Shown here: positions 1 through 9,833 of the stretch, one piece after another
Numbering within the stretch: position 1 is the stretch's first letter
Layout: each line of letters begins with the position of its first letter
From: Oscillospiraceae bacterium
GTDB taxonomy: Bacteria; Bacillota; Clostridia; Oscillospirales; Oscillospiraceae
Assembly: GCA_021768185.1 (NCBI GenBank)
Contig: JAETNP010000027.1
Span: 6,511 to 70,510, forward strand
Length of the DNA stretch: 64,000 nucleotides
Reading direction: 5' to 3'
The notes under the pieces: model-generated
The model's database searches: none
What the model was told of the DNA's origin: nothing
Seen by the model: the letters and a program-made list of their open reading frames with translations, nothing else
Position numbers and translations under genes: made by a program

Positions 1-1
1 G

Positions 2-1222
2 AACCGCCGGGCGCAGGAGACCTTCCGGTTCATCTTCGACCGCTTGCAGATGGAAAACGGCTGGGTCTGCGCCATGTACGCCAACGGTGTTTACTACGGG
101 GACACCTTTGACATGGCAAAGCCCTCGGACGTGCTGCTGATCCGGAAGAACGCGGATATGCTGTATTTCCTGTTGAAGGAGTATACTGTCTGCCGGGAGG
201 AGCTTTCCGGCTATGAAGAAAATTTGCGCCGTCTCTGCGGCGCCTTTGTCCGCCTGTACCGGAAGTACGGGCAGATCGGCCAGTTTATCCACACGAAGAC
301 GGATACCATCGCCATCGGCAACTCCGCCTGCGGCGCCATTGCCTGCGGCGCGCTGGCTCTTGCCTATGATGTGCTTGGCGAGAAAGCGTATCTGGAGACG
401 GCGGAGGGCCTGGGCGAGGTGTACGAACGGGACTGCCTGGACCGGGGAATTCTGAACGGCTGCCCAGGGGAGATCTGCCAGGCGTCGGACAGCGAGGCCG
501 CCTTCGGTATGCTGGAGGGGTATGTCCAGCTCTATGAGACCACCGGAAAGGCCCGCTGGCTGGACTGCGCCCGCCGGGCGGCGAACATTGCCATGACCTG
601 GGTCATGAGCTATGATTTTGATTTCCCCCGGGAATCCACCGCCGCCAAGCGGGGGACCCATACGCTGGGGACCGTGTTTGCCAATGCCCAGAACAAGCAC
701 TCCGCTCCCGGCATCTGCACCTTGTCCGGAAACAGCCTGCTGAAGCTCTACCGGTTTACCGGAGAGGAAACCTATTTAAAGCAGCTCCAGAACATTGCCC
801 GGGCGCTGACGCAGTTCGTCTCCCTGAAGGAGCGGCCGGTGTATACCCTGGCCGGAAAATATCTGCCCTCGGGCTATATGAACGAGCGGGTGCAGACCAG
901 CGACTGGGAAGGGAAGACCACCATAGGAGAATTCCTCTGCGGTTCCAACTGGCCGGAGGTCTGTGTGCTGCTGACCTATGTGGAGGTGCCCGGCGTTTAT
1001 GTCAATAAGAAAACGGGTTTGGCCGCCGCCCTGGACAGCCTGGACTGCGGTATTGCGGAGGAAAACGGTGAGCAGAAGCTATGGGTGAAAAACCCCACCG
1101 CCTATGATACCACGGTGACGGTGCTCATAGACGACGGAGAAGAGCTGGGCGCCGTGTACTTTGACAAAATGAAAAAACTGCCCTTAAAGGCAGGCGAAAC
1201 GGCCTTCATTTCATTGCAATAA
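2..1222 (+). CDS. six-hairpin (alpha/alpha)6 glycosidase-like protein, N-terminus outside the window
   Basis: The frame is open from nt 2, with no stop before the TTG listed at 44. GC3-rich codon usage. Helical-hairpin pattern, e.g. SDSEAAFGMLEGYVQLYETTGKARWLD. This is a fold-level call only. Confidence 0.4.
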   Translation, partial: NRRAQETFRFIFDRLQMENGWVCAMYANGVYYGDTFDMAKPSDVLLIRKNADMLYFLLKEYTVCREELSGYEENLRRLCGAFVRLYRKYGQIGQFIHTKTDTIAIGNSACGAIACGALALAYDVLGEKAYLETAEGLGEVYERDCLDRGILNGCPGEICQASDSEAAFGMLEGYVQLYETTGKARWLDCARRAANIAMTWVMSYDFDFPRESTAAKRGTHTLGTVFANAQNKHSAPGICTLSGNSLLKLYRFTGEETYLKQLQNIARALTQFVSLKERPVYTLAGKYLPSGYMNERVQTSDWEGKTTIGEFLCGSNWPEVCVLLTYVEVPGVYVNKKTGLAAALDSLDCGIAEENGEQKLWVKNPTAYDTTVTVLIDDGEELGAVYFDKMKKLPLKAGETAFISLQ

Positions 1223-1237
1223 CGAGAGGTATCATTT

Positions 1238-3073
1238 ATGGAAACAGCTGCTCCCCGCCGCCGGGTGGAAGCCGCCGCCTTTGGGATCCTGCCGGACACA
1301 GGCGAGGATCTTACGGCGAAGCTGCAGGCGCTTCTTGACGCGAACCGGGAGGATGCGGAGCTGATCCTCGCCCCAGGGCGGTACGATTTCTACCCGGGAT
1401 CCGCGCGGAAACGGCCCTTTTCCATGTCCAACAGTGACGAAGATGGAGAGAGGCGGATATCCCTCCTGCTGGAGGACATGCACCGGTTGACGATAGACGG
1501 GAGGGGCGCAGAGCTTGTCTTTCACGGACAGCTCATGCCGCTGGCGCTGTATCGCTGCCGGGAGGTCCTCATTCGGGGCGTTTCCGTGGACTTTGCCATT
1601 CCCCTTTCGGCGGAGGGGACGGTGATCCGCGCCTGTGAGACCTTTGCCGACCTTGCTATAGATGCAGAGTTGTTTCCCCACAGCGTGTCTCAGGGAAAGC
1701 TCCTGTTTCAGGGAGAAGACTGGGAGGAACCGGTATGGCAGTCCGGGCATATGGAATTTGACCCGGAACATGATACGGTGGCCTATGGCCGGGGGGACCG
1801 GTTCCCGGCGACATGGCAGGAGCAGCTTCCCGGCGGCGCGGTCCGGTTTTGGGGGGATTTTTCCGCCGGTATGCCCAAGGTTGGAAACGTGGTGGTGCTT
1901 CGCCACAGCAGGCGGATCCACTGCGGCATTTTCATAAACGAGTGCGAAGACGTGGCCATGGAGGACGTTTCCCTCCATGCCGCCGGCGGGCTGGGGATCC
2001 TGTGCCAGTTTTCCGAAAACCTGCGCTTTACCCGGGCGGCCATTGTCCCCAACCGGAAAAAGGGGCGAAGGTTCGTCTGCGGCCATGACGACGGCATCCA
2101 CTTGTCCAACAATCGCGGAGAGGTCATCATTGAGGACTGCCGCTTTTTAGGGCTCATGGACGATCCGGTGAACCTCCACGGGACCTCGGCAAGGATCGAG
2201 ACCGTGGAAGAGCCCCGCACCATCATCGGGCGGTTCGTCCATCCCCAATCCAAGGGCTTTCCCCGCTGGGCGGAACCGGGGCAGAAGATCTCCTTCGTCC
2301 GAAGCACTTCCCTGGAATGCGTGGGACAAGGGACGGTGAAGGACTACCGCCTCCTCACCGAGGAGACCTTTGTCCTTACCTTGGAGGAGCCTGTCCCTTC
2401 GGACGTGGAGCCCGGGGACGCCATGGAAAACCACAGCAATACCGCTTCCCTGATCTGCCGGAGGAACCACTTCGGCGGATGCCGGGCCCGGGGGCTGCTG
2501 GTGTGCACGCCCAGGCCGGTGCTGGTGGAGGAAAACCGGTTCGATTCCTCCGGGGCCGCCATCCTCATTGCCGGAGACGCAGAGGACTGGTACGAATGCG
2601 GCGGGTGCCGGGACGTGACCATTCGGGGCAATACCTTTTCGGAGGCCTGTCTGACCTCGGAATATGAGGGTGGGGACGCCGTGATCTCCGTCCATCCGAA
2701 TCTGGCCCGGCCCCTCCGGGAAGCGCCCTACCACAGGGGGATCCGTGTGGAGGATAATGTGTTCTATACGGCGGGAGACCCGGTGCTCTACGCCAAGGCC
2801 GCATCGGGGATTGCCTTCCGTAGCAACCGGATTCTTCCCAGCCGCGGGCGCCCTCCCCGGAAGTCGGGGGAAACCCTCTTTTCCTTTGACCACTGCACGG
2901 ACGTGACACTGGAAGGAAACGAAATCAGTCTTGCGGGAGGGGGCATATCCCTGACCGGCATGACGGAGCAGGACATTCACCAGGAGGATGCCCTGCCTCT
3001 GGAAATGGATAAAAGGAGAAGGAAACATGACATTTCAGCCCAATTATCAGAACATTGTGGACGCCGCCTATAA
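1238..3073 (+). CDS. right-handed parallel beta-helix (pectin-lyase fold) protein, probable glycan-active enzyme
   Basis: 611-aa ORF. The N-terminus AAFGILPDTGEDLTAKLQALLDA is typical of beta-helix glycosidases. Repeated short G/N-containing turns (IEDCRF.G, VEENRF, IRGNTF, VEDNVF, LEGNEI). Confidence 0.5.
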   Translation: METAAPRRRVEAAAFGILPDTGEDLTAKLQALLDANREDAELILAPGRYDFYPGSARKRPFSMSNSDEDGERRISLLLEDMHRLTIDGRGAELVFHGQLMPLALYRCREVLIRGVSVDFAIPLSAEGTVIRACETFADLAIDAELFPHSVSQGKLLFQGEDWEEPVWQSGHMEFDPEHDTVAYGRGDRFPATWQEQLPGGAVRFWGDFSAGMPKVGNVVVLRHSRRIHCGIFINECEDVAMEDVSLHAAGGLGILCQFSENLRFTRAAIVPNRKKGRRFVCGHDDGIHLSNNRGEVIIEDCRFLGLMDDPVNLHGTSARIETVEEPRTIIGRFVHPQSKGFPRWAEPGQKISFVRSTSLECVGQGTVKDYRLLTEETFVLTLEEPVPSDVEPGDAMENHSNTASLICRRNHFGGCRARGLLVCTPRPVLVEENRFDSSGAAILIAGDAEDWYECGGCRDVTIRGNTFSEACLTSEYEGGDAVISVHPNLARPLREAPYHRGIRVEDNVFYTAGDPVLYAKAASGIAFRSNRILPSRGRPPRKSGETLFSFDHCTDVTLEGNEISLAGGGISLTGMTEQDIHQEDALPLEMDKRRRKHDISAQLSEHCGRRL

Positions 3074-4076
3074 CCGGGTCCCTGCGCGCCTGCCCCTGTA
3101 TGAGCACCTGATCAGCACGGAGATCATGGAAAAGGTCCTGGGGGTGTCCTTCGCCCACCTGTACAGCGGAGAAGGGCAGGATCTGGACGGCTTTTTCGCG
3201 CAGTACTGCCGCTTTTTCCGTGAAATGGGCTACGATACCGTTTCCTACGAAGGGTGCATCACGGACGTCCTGCCCGGAGGCGGAGCGCTGGGCGGCCACA
3301 AAAAGGGCGCCATCGGCTCCTGGGAGGACTTCAACAACTACCCTTGGGAGCAGGTGAAGGAGCGGTATTTTGCCCTCCATGGGCCCCATTTTGAGGCCCT
3401 GCGCCGGAATATGCCGGAGGGCATGAAGGCCGTCGGCGGCGTAGGCAACGGCATTTTTGAGTGCGTCCAGGATCTGGTGGGGTACATGGATCTGTGCTAC
3501 CTCCGGGAGGACGAGCCGGAATTGTACGCGGCCCTGTTCCGCAAAGTGGGAGAAACGAACATGGGCATCTGGGAGCAGTTCCTCAGAGAATACGGTGACA
3601 TTTACTGCGTGTGCCGCTTCGGAGACGATCTGGGCTTCAAGTCCGCCACGCTGCTGGCTCCGGAGGATATCCGCCGGCATGTGATCCCCCAGTACCGGAA
3701 GGTCATTGAGGCCGTCCATCAGGCGGGGAAGCCCTTCCTGCTCCACTCCTGCGGCTGCATCTTTGACGTCATGGAGGATCTGATCGCCGCCGGCATCGAC
3801 GCCAAGCACTCTAACGAAGATCAGATCGCCCGCTTCCCGGAATGGGTGGAGCGGTACGGCGACCGGATCGGCAATTTCGGCGGAATTGACACGGACGCGG
3901 TCTGCCGTCTGCCCGGAGAGGAAATGGACGCCTACATAAAAGATGTGGTAGACCGGTGCCAGGGCCACGGAGGCTTTGCCTTCGGCTCCGGCAACTCCAT
4001 CCCCGACTATGTGCCGGTGGATCAGTATCTGCATATGGTCGCCTGCGTTCGCAGGATCCGTGGAGAGGAGATCTGA
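3027..4076 (+). CDS. uroporphyrinogen-decarboxylase (URO-D)/MtaA-family methyltransferase-like protein
   Basis: ATG at 3027 is preceded by AAGGAGAAGGA. Motif LLHSCGCIFDVMEDLIAAGIDAKH shows the H-x-C pattern of URO-D/MtaA TIM barrels. Confidence 0.6.
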   Translation: MTFQPNYQNIVDAAYNRVPARLPLYEHLISTEIMEKVLGVSFAHLYSGEGQDLDGFFAQYCRFFREMGYDTVSYEGCITDVLPGGGALGGHKKGAIGSWEDFNNYPWEQVKERYFALHGPHFEALRRNMPEGMKAVGGVGNGIFECVQDLVGYMDLCYLREDEPELYAALFRKVGETNMGIWEQFLREYGDIYCVCRFGDDLGFKSATLLAPEDIRRHVIPQYRKVIEAVHQAGKPFLLHSCGCIFDVMEDLIAAGIDAKHSNEDQIARFPEWVERYGDRIGNFGGIDTDAVCRLPGEEMDAYIKDVVDRCQGHGGFAFGSGNSIPDYVPVDQYLHMVACVRRIRGEEI

Positions 4077-4077
4077 A

Positions 4078-5160
4078 ATGACCGGAAAAGAACGCATCAC
4101 CAGGATCCTGCGCCATGAAAGCGCAGACAGGATAGGCCTTTTTGAGCATTTCTGGAACGATACCCAGCGGGAGTGGACGGCGCAGGGACACATAAAGCCC
4201 GGGGAGAGCATGGCGGATCACTTTGGGTTCGACATGGATATGCACTGGGCATTTAACATGGTGGCGGACCTGGACTTTGAGAGCAAAGTCGTAGATGAGA
4301 CAGAGGATACCATTACCTACCTGGACGGCAACGGCGCGGTGCTCAGGCGGCACAAGCACCATGACACCACCCCGGAGCATGTGGACTTTCACGTAAAGGA
4401 GCGGGAGGACTGGGAAGAGGTCAGGCATCTGCTGCTTCAGCCTGATCGGAGGCGCATCGACTTCGAGAATTACCGCCGGATCAAGGAGGAGTGCCGGAAG
4501 GCGGGACGCTTCTTCGTGTGGAGCGGCGTGAACGTATTCGAGTGCATTCATCCTCTGTGCGGCCACGAAAACATGCTCATTGGCATGGCTTTGGACCCGG
4601 AATGGGTACAGGATATGGCCATGACATACGCCCGTCTGATTGTAGAACTGCAAAAGATCCTCTTTGAAGAAGAAGGCTATCCCGACGGCATCTGGTACTA
4701 TGAAGACATGGGTTATAAAGGAAGTCCCTTCATGTCCCCTCAAATGTACTGCGGCATTTTGCAGCCTGCCCATAAGTACACCATTGATTTCGCCAAGAGC
4801 AAGGGCCTGCCGGTGATCATGCACTCCTGCGGCTTTGTAGAGCCTCTTCTGCCCCATATGATCGAGTCCGGCATTGACTGCCTGCAGGCCATGGAGGTAA
4901 AGGCGGGTATGGATCTTGTAAAGCTGCACCGGCTGTACGGCGATAAGATCAGCTTCATGGGCGGCATCGACGTTCGCGCTCTGTGCTCCAACGATCGCGC
5001 GGAGATTGACGCGGAGCTGGAAAAGAAAATTCCTCTGGTCAAGGAAGGCTTCAACTATATTCTGCACACTGACCACTCCGTTCCATGCACCGTGGAATAC
5101 GATAACTATTGTTACTTCATTGAGAAAGGTCTGGAGCTGGGCCGCTATGAAGGCGATTGA
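4078..5160 (+). CDS. URO-D/MtaA-family methyltransferase-like protein (paralogue)
   Basis: ATG at 4078 lies 1 nt after the upstream stop. Motif VIMHSCGFVEPLLPHMIESGIDCLQAMEVKAGMD. The N-terminus MTGKERITRILRHESADRIG is typical of the family. Confidence 0.6.
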   Translation: MTGKERITRILRHESADRIGLFEHFWNDTQREWTAQGHIKPGESMADHFGFDMDMHWAFNMVADLDFESKVVDETEDTITYLDGNGAVLRRHKHHDTTPEHVDFHVKEREDWEEVRHLLLQPDRRRIDFENYRRIKEECRKAGRFFVWSGVNVFECIHPLCGHENMLIGMALDPEWVQDMAMTYARLIVELQKILFEEEGYPDGIWYYEDMGYKGSPFMSPQMYCGILQPAHKYTIDFAKSKGLPVIMHSCGFVEPLLPHMIESGIDCLQAMEVKAGMDLVKLHRLYGDKISFMGGIDVRALCSNDRAEIDAELEKKIPLVKEGFNYILHTDHSVPCTVEYDNYCYFIEKGLELGRYEGD

Positions 5161-5250
5161 TCGAATGCCTGGTGGGCATTACCGATCTGCTGCATCTATG
5201 CCGGCCTTGATGCGATCATCGCGCCGCATCAGGCCGGCAGCACCAACTGG

Positions 5251-5526
5251 ATGGGGATCTGGCATCCGGAAAAGCGGTGGTATGCAGTGAGCTGCGACTT
5301 CTCCTGTATGGTCAGCGGCGAACACTTTGATGCTTTCGCTGCCCACGGGATCGGGATGGAAGTGGAGTTTCTGGAAGCCTCCATGTACCATTTGGATGGC
5401 CCTGGCGCGCTGCGGCTTGAGGGCGTGCATCTGATCGTCCACGGCTGCCCCGACGCGGACACGGGCAGGAAATTACTGCGGGCGACGGAGCAAGCCGTCC
5501 GGGAAGGAGTCAAATGTGATGGATGA
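5251..5526 (+). CDS. small hypothetical ORF (possible gene remnant)
   Basis: The frame is open from 5161 (right after the upstream stop), but the first ATG is at 5251. GC3-rich. The 3' end overlaps the next start. No recognisable motif. Confidence 0.2.
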   Translation: MGIWHPEKRWYAVSCDFSCMVSGEHFDAFAAHGIGMEVEFLEASMYHLDGPGALRLEGVHLIVHGCPDADTGRKLLRATEQAVREGVKCDG

Positions 5527-6721
5527 GAAGCAATATCTGCGGGATCTGGCCCTCCGCCAGGCGGAACTGGCGGCCAGTCCGGAAAACCAGCGCCTCAAGG
5601 AGGCCTGGTACAAACATAACAGCCTCCAGGGTGAGCACCCAATGGTGGTCTTTGAAGAGGACACCTGCGTGAAGGAATTCGTGAAGCCCCTCTGTGAGAC
5701 GCCGGCGGCGCGCGCGCTCGAAGCCCGCCTTCTGCAGAACATCCGCTCTCACGAGATCCTTGGCGACGACAAGGTCGTGCCGGACTTTATCGAGGTGCCG
5801 GTGAATATTGAGAGCCGGTTTTTTGGCGTTGCGCCCAAGCGCGTCGTGGCGAAGGAGGGACTGGGCTATCACGACGAACCAGTACTCTCCGACCTGACGG
5901 AGGATCTGGAAAAGCTCTCCGCCTCGCAGTTCCGCTGCAACCGTGAGGAAACGGAGCGGAGGGAGAGCTATGTCCACGACATGGTCGGGGACATCCTTCC
6001 CACCAGGCGCGTCAACGCCCTCAACCGCTGGCACTTTGCACTCACGCAGCACGCCGTGAACCTCATGGGCATGGAGAATCTGTTTTTAGCGATGTACGAC
6101 ACGCCGGATGAGCTGCACGCGCTCATGCGCTTCTTGACGGACGACTGCAAGCGGCTCCTCCGCTGGGAGGAAGAAAACGGCCTCCTGTTTGCCAACGCCG
6201 GAAACGACTACATGGGAAGCGGCAGCTACTGCTTCAACCGCGAGCTTGCCCAGAGCGGCCCTGTGACCTCGCGGCAGACGTGGGGGCACACAAACTCCCA
6301 GGAGAGCGTCGGCATCAGCCCGGAGATGTACGAGGAGTTTATCTTCCCGTACCTCTGCGAGATCGCGGACGAGTTCGGGCTCATGTACTACGGCTGCTGT
6401 GAGCCGGTGCATCCCATCTGGGACCGCTGTGTCAGCAAGCTCCCGCATCTGCGCAAGGTGTCGATCTCCGCGTGGTGCGATGAGGCGTTTATGGCCGAGC
6501 GCCTGACCGGCGCGAATGTAATCTACTCCCGCAAGCCCAGCCCAAATTTTTTGGGTGTCGATCCCATTCTGGACGAGGACGCCTTCCGGGCGTACATGAA
6601 AAATACGCTCGACCTTACGCGCGGCTGCCATGTGGAGATCATTTTCCGGGACGTCTACACCCTGCACGGCGATCCCAGCAAAGCCCGCCGGGCTGTAGAA
6701 ATCGTTCGGAGCTTGATGTAA
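5516..6721 (+). CDS. hypothetical protein, possibly a distant URO-D-like TIM-barrel
   Basis: 401-aa GC3-rich ORF that co-operonic by position with the two URO-D-like genes. It carries a YYGCCEPVHPIWDRC Cys cluster. The family assignment is weak. Confidence 0.4.
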   Translation: MMDEKQYLRDLALRQAELAASPENQRLKEAWYKHNSLQGEHPMVVFEEDTCVKEFVKPLCETPAARALEARLLQNIRSHEILGDDKVVPDFIEVPVNIESRFFGVAPKRVVAKEGLGYHDEPVLSDLTEDLEKLSASQFRCNREETERRESYVHDMVGDILPTRRVNALNRWHFALTQHAVNLMGMENLFLAMYDTPDELHALMRFLTDDCKRLLRWEEENGLLFANAGNDYMGSGSYCFNRELAQSGPVTSRQTWGHTNSQESVGISPEMYEEFIFPYLCEIADEFGLMYYGCCEPVHPIWDRCVSKLPHLRKVSISAWCDEAFMAERLTGANVIYSRKPSPNFLGVDPILDEDAFRAYMKNTLDLTRGCHVEIIFRDVYTLHGDPSKARRAVEIVRSLM

Positions 6722-6993
6722 TACTATTGTGATAATTTCTTTTTAATCTAATATCCTCCTAATAGTCTGTAAAACCTAAACCTTAGGGAAGCTGCGGAAG
6801 ACAGCAATATCGGAATTAACAAAACGGACAGTATGCTGCATATGCCTAACTGTCCGTTTGTCCTTTTTGCTGGTTCAAAAAAGCTTGTAAAACGCAAGGA
6901 ATTTGAGGATTATATTGAACAGAAACATATAATATGACCCATCAAAAAGAGCGGCAAAATAACGCTTGAGAAAGAGGGCGGTATCTGCTATAC

Positions 6994-7555
6994 TTGTGGC
7001 GTAGTAGTGCGCTCTCTTTCTTTGCAAGAAAGGATGGGTTATACTTAGCGCGATTTGTTGACAAGGCAGGGAAAAGGCATGATAAATGTTTCCGAAAGCT
7101 TCCAGAAGCCAGAAACTGGCTGGAGGAAGCACGGGATCTCGACAGGCAGGGAGGACAGCGTGCTGAGCCGCATGAAGAAAGCTTTGCGTTACCTGATATG
7201 ACGGTAGACGCATGGTTTGACTTGGGACTGCACCGACTGAGAAAAGAGGACATTCATAGTAAACAAGACTTTGGAGTTCCGGCACAAACAGACAGAATGG
7301 AGAGCAGGACCGCCCAAAACAGTTACCAGCTACCGCACAATCCCACTCACGAACAGAGCATATGACACCCATCTTTACAAGATTTGCGATGAGAACGGAA
7401 TCAAACGCTTCTGTATGCACGCGCTGAGACATACCTACGCCACCCGAGCAATAGTCAATGGCAAAATGGTGAAGAAATGGTACAGTAATGGTGAAGCTCT
7501 AAAGGAGCAAAACCTGGAAACCATTGATAAATCAGGACTTTCTAAGGAGATGTAA
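6994..7555 (+). pseudogene. decayed tyrosine recombinase / phage-type integrase
   Basis: Two out-of-frame fragments. The first is an integrase N-terminus-like segment (GLYLARFVDKAGKRH..KLPEARNWLEEA). The second is a catalytic C-terminus-like segment (GPPKTVTSYRTIPLT ... MHALRHTYATRAI). The central part is missing and the context is AT-rich. Confidence 0.65.
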
Positions 7556-7561
7556 AGCAAT

Positions 7562-8653
7562 ATGAAACTTGGCATTGTGGGACTGCCCAACGTAGGCAAA
7601 TCGACCCTTTTCAACGCCATCACCAACGCCGGCGCGGAGAGCGCCAACTATCCCTTCTGCACCATCGACCCCAACGTAGGCATGGCAGCCGTTCCCGACC
7701 CCCGTCTGGACAAGCTCAGCGAGATGTACCATCCCAAGAAGACCACCCCCGCCGTGATCGAGTTCGTAGACATCGCGGGCCTGGTAAAGGGAGCCAGCAA
7801 GGGCGAGGGCCTGGGCAACAAGTTTCTCTCCAACATCCGCATGACGGACGCCATTGTCCATGTGGTGCGCTGCTTTGACGACGAGAACGTGATCCACGTA
7901 GAGGGCGGGGCGGACCCCATCCGTGACATCGACATCATCGACCTGGAGCTGGTGATGGCCGACGTGGAAATGGTGGAGCGGCGCATCGACAAGGCCCAGA
8001 AGGCCGCCAAGGGCGACAAGAAGTTCCTCAAGGAGGTGGAGGTCTTCCAGGGCCTGCTGGCCTGGCTCAACGACGGCAATGCCGCCCGCAGCTACGACTG
8101 CGACGAGGACACAAAAGCCGTCATCGCCACCAGCGACCTGCTGACCCTCAAGCCGGTGATTTACGCCGCCAACCTGGACGAGGACGGCTTCGCCAACCCG
8201 GAAGGGACCGCTTACTATCAGCAGGTCGCCCAGCGGGCTCAGGCTGAGGGGGCCCAGGTGATCCCCGTATGCGCCAAGCTGGAGGCGGAGATCGCCGAAC
8301 TGGAGGGCGAGGAGAAGGCCATGTTCCTGGAGGATCTGGGGGTCAGCGAGAGTGGTCTGGACCGTCTGGTAAAGGCCAGTTATACCCTGCTGGGGCTGAT
8401 TTCCTACCTGACCAGCGGCGAGGACGAGTGCCGGGCCTGGACGATCACCAGAGGCACCAAGGCTCCCCAGGCGGCGGGGAAGATCCACTCTGATTTTGAG
8501 CGGGGCTTCATCCGTGCGGAGGTCATTGCCTACGACGACCTGATGACCGTGGGCACCATGGCGGCGGCCCGTGAGAAGGGTATGATCCGCTCCGAGGGCA
8601 AGGAGTACGTGGTGAAGGATGGGGATATCATCCTGTTCCGCTTCAACGTCTGA
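7562..8653 (+). CDS. ychF: redox-regulated ribosome-binding ATPase YchF
   Basis: G1 motif GLPNVGKSTLFNAIT, a central coiled region, and the C-terminal TGS end KEYVVKDGDIILFRFNV. Confidence 0.95.
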   Translation: MKLGIVGLPNVGKSTLFNAITNAGAESANYPFCTIDPNVGMAAVPDPRLDKLSEMYHPKKTTPAVIEFVDIAGLVKGASKGEGLGNKFLSNIRMTDAIVHVVRCFDDENVIHVEGGADPIRDIDIIDLELVMADVEMVERRIDKAQKAAKGDKKFLKEVEVFQGLLAWLNDGNAARSYDCDEDTKAVIATSDLLTLKPVIYAANLDEDGFANPEGTAYYQQVAQRAQAEGAQVIPVCAKLEAEIAELEGEEKAMFLEDLGVSESGLDRLVKASYTLLGLISYLTSGEDECRAWTITRGTKAPQAAGKIHSDFERGFIRAEVIAYDDLMTVGTMAAAREKGMIRSEGKEYVVKDGDIILFRFNV

Positions 8654-9339
8654 TGCGTCGCCGTTTTGCTATCCTGGATGCCTGGCGCACTTTGTCCATC
8701 GTGCTGATGATTGCCTACCATTTTCTATACGATCTGTATATTTTCGGCATAATATCCGCTGATCAGCTGTTCTCCACGCCTCTGAACATCCTGGAGCGGT
8801 TCATCTGCTGCAGCTTCATTCTCCTGGCCGGGGCCAGTGCCCGGTTCTCCCGAAACAACCTGCGCCACGGACTCATCGTCCTGGCGGCGGGGGCAGTGGT
8901 GGAGATTGGTGCTGCCGTAGCCGGGCAGACCATCCGCTGGGGCGTGCTGATGCTGCTGGGGACGTCCATGGTGCTGTACCATTTTTCGGGAAAATTCCTG
9001 CAAAAGCTGCAGCCGGACAGTCTGACCGCGCTGTGCATCGGCCTCTATGTTTTTACAAACTGGTGGACCAAGGTCATGCCGGTATCTGTCGGCTGGCTGT
9101 ATCCTCTGGGGCTTACCGCCCCGGGATTCTACAGCGCGGATTATTTTCCCCTGCTGCCCTGGTTTTTCCTGTTTCTGATAGGGACCGTGCTGGGCGGATG
9201 GTGCCTGGAGCACCGGGAGAACAAAGTCCTGACCGCCGCCCTGCCCAGGGCGCTGACCTGGCCGGGGCGGCACAGCCTTATCATCTATGTCCTGCACCAG
9301 CCGGTGCTGTACGGCATCGCTTATCTTATCTGGGGGTGA
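8653..9339 (+). CDS. DUF1624-type (heparan-alpha-glucosaminide N-acetyltransferase-like) membrane protein
   Basis: Multi-TM protein. The N-terminus RFAILDAWRTLSIVLMIAYHFLYDL is typical of the family. TGATG overlap with ychF. Confidence 0.6.
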   Translation: MRRRFAILDAWRTLSIVLMIAYHFLYDLYIFGIISADQLFSTPLNILERFICCSFILLAGASARFSRNNLRHGLIVLAAGAVVEIGAAVAGQTIRWGVLMLLGTSMVLYHFSGKFLQKLQPDSLTALCIGLYVFTNWWTKVMPVSVGWLYPLGLTAPGFYSADYFPLLPWFFLFLIGTVLGGWCLEHRENKVLTAALPRALTWPGRHSLIIYVLHQPVLYGIAYLIWG

Positions 9340-9833
9340 GTACGACGCATATCCATATCAACAGCACTCTGATCTATCTGGAGAACGAGGCCGGGGAGTA
9401 CCTGATGCTCCACCGGGTCAAAAAGAAGAACGACATCAACCACGACAAATGGATCGGCGTAGGCGGCGGCTTCGAGTACGGCGAGAGTCCGGAGGAGTGC
9501 GCCATCCGGGAGACCTTTGAGGAGACCGGCCTGACCCTGACGGACTACCGCTTCCGGGGCATCGTCACCTTTGACTGCGAGGGACAGAAGTGTACCCAGT
9601 ACATGCACCTGTTCACCGCCTCCGCCTGGACGGGGGAGCTGACCGAGTGCAATGAGGGCGATTTGGAGTGGGTGCCCAAGGCGAAGGTCTGCGATCTTCC
9701 CATTTGGGAGGGGGACAAGATCTTCTTCCGCCTGCTGGAGGAGGACCGTCCCTTTTTCTCCCTGAAGCTGAGCTATGACGCAAAAGACGTCCTTCTCCGG
9801 GCGGTCCTGGATGGAAAGGAACTGCCGCTGTGA
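9336..9833 (+). CDS. NUDIX hydrolase (MutT/8-oxo-dGTPase-like)
   Basis: Nudix box GVGGGFEYGESPEECAIRETFEETGL. The likely GTG start at 9336 overlaps the upstream TGA (GTGA). Confidence 0.8.
   Translation: MSTTHIHINSTLIYLENEAGEYLMLHRVKKKNDINHDKWIGVGGGFEYGESPEECAIRETFEETGLTLTDYRFRGIVTFDCEGQKCTQYMHLFTASAWTGELTECNEGDLEWVPKAKVCDLPIWEGDKIFFRLLEEDRPFFSLKLSYDAKDVLLRAVLDGKELPL

Noticed and set aside
6875-7432. 185-aa minus-strand ORF in the AT-rich region.
   Set aside because: It is antisense to the integrase fragments, has no motif, and its composition is atypical for this genome's genes.
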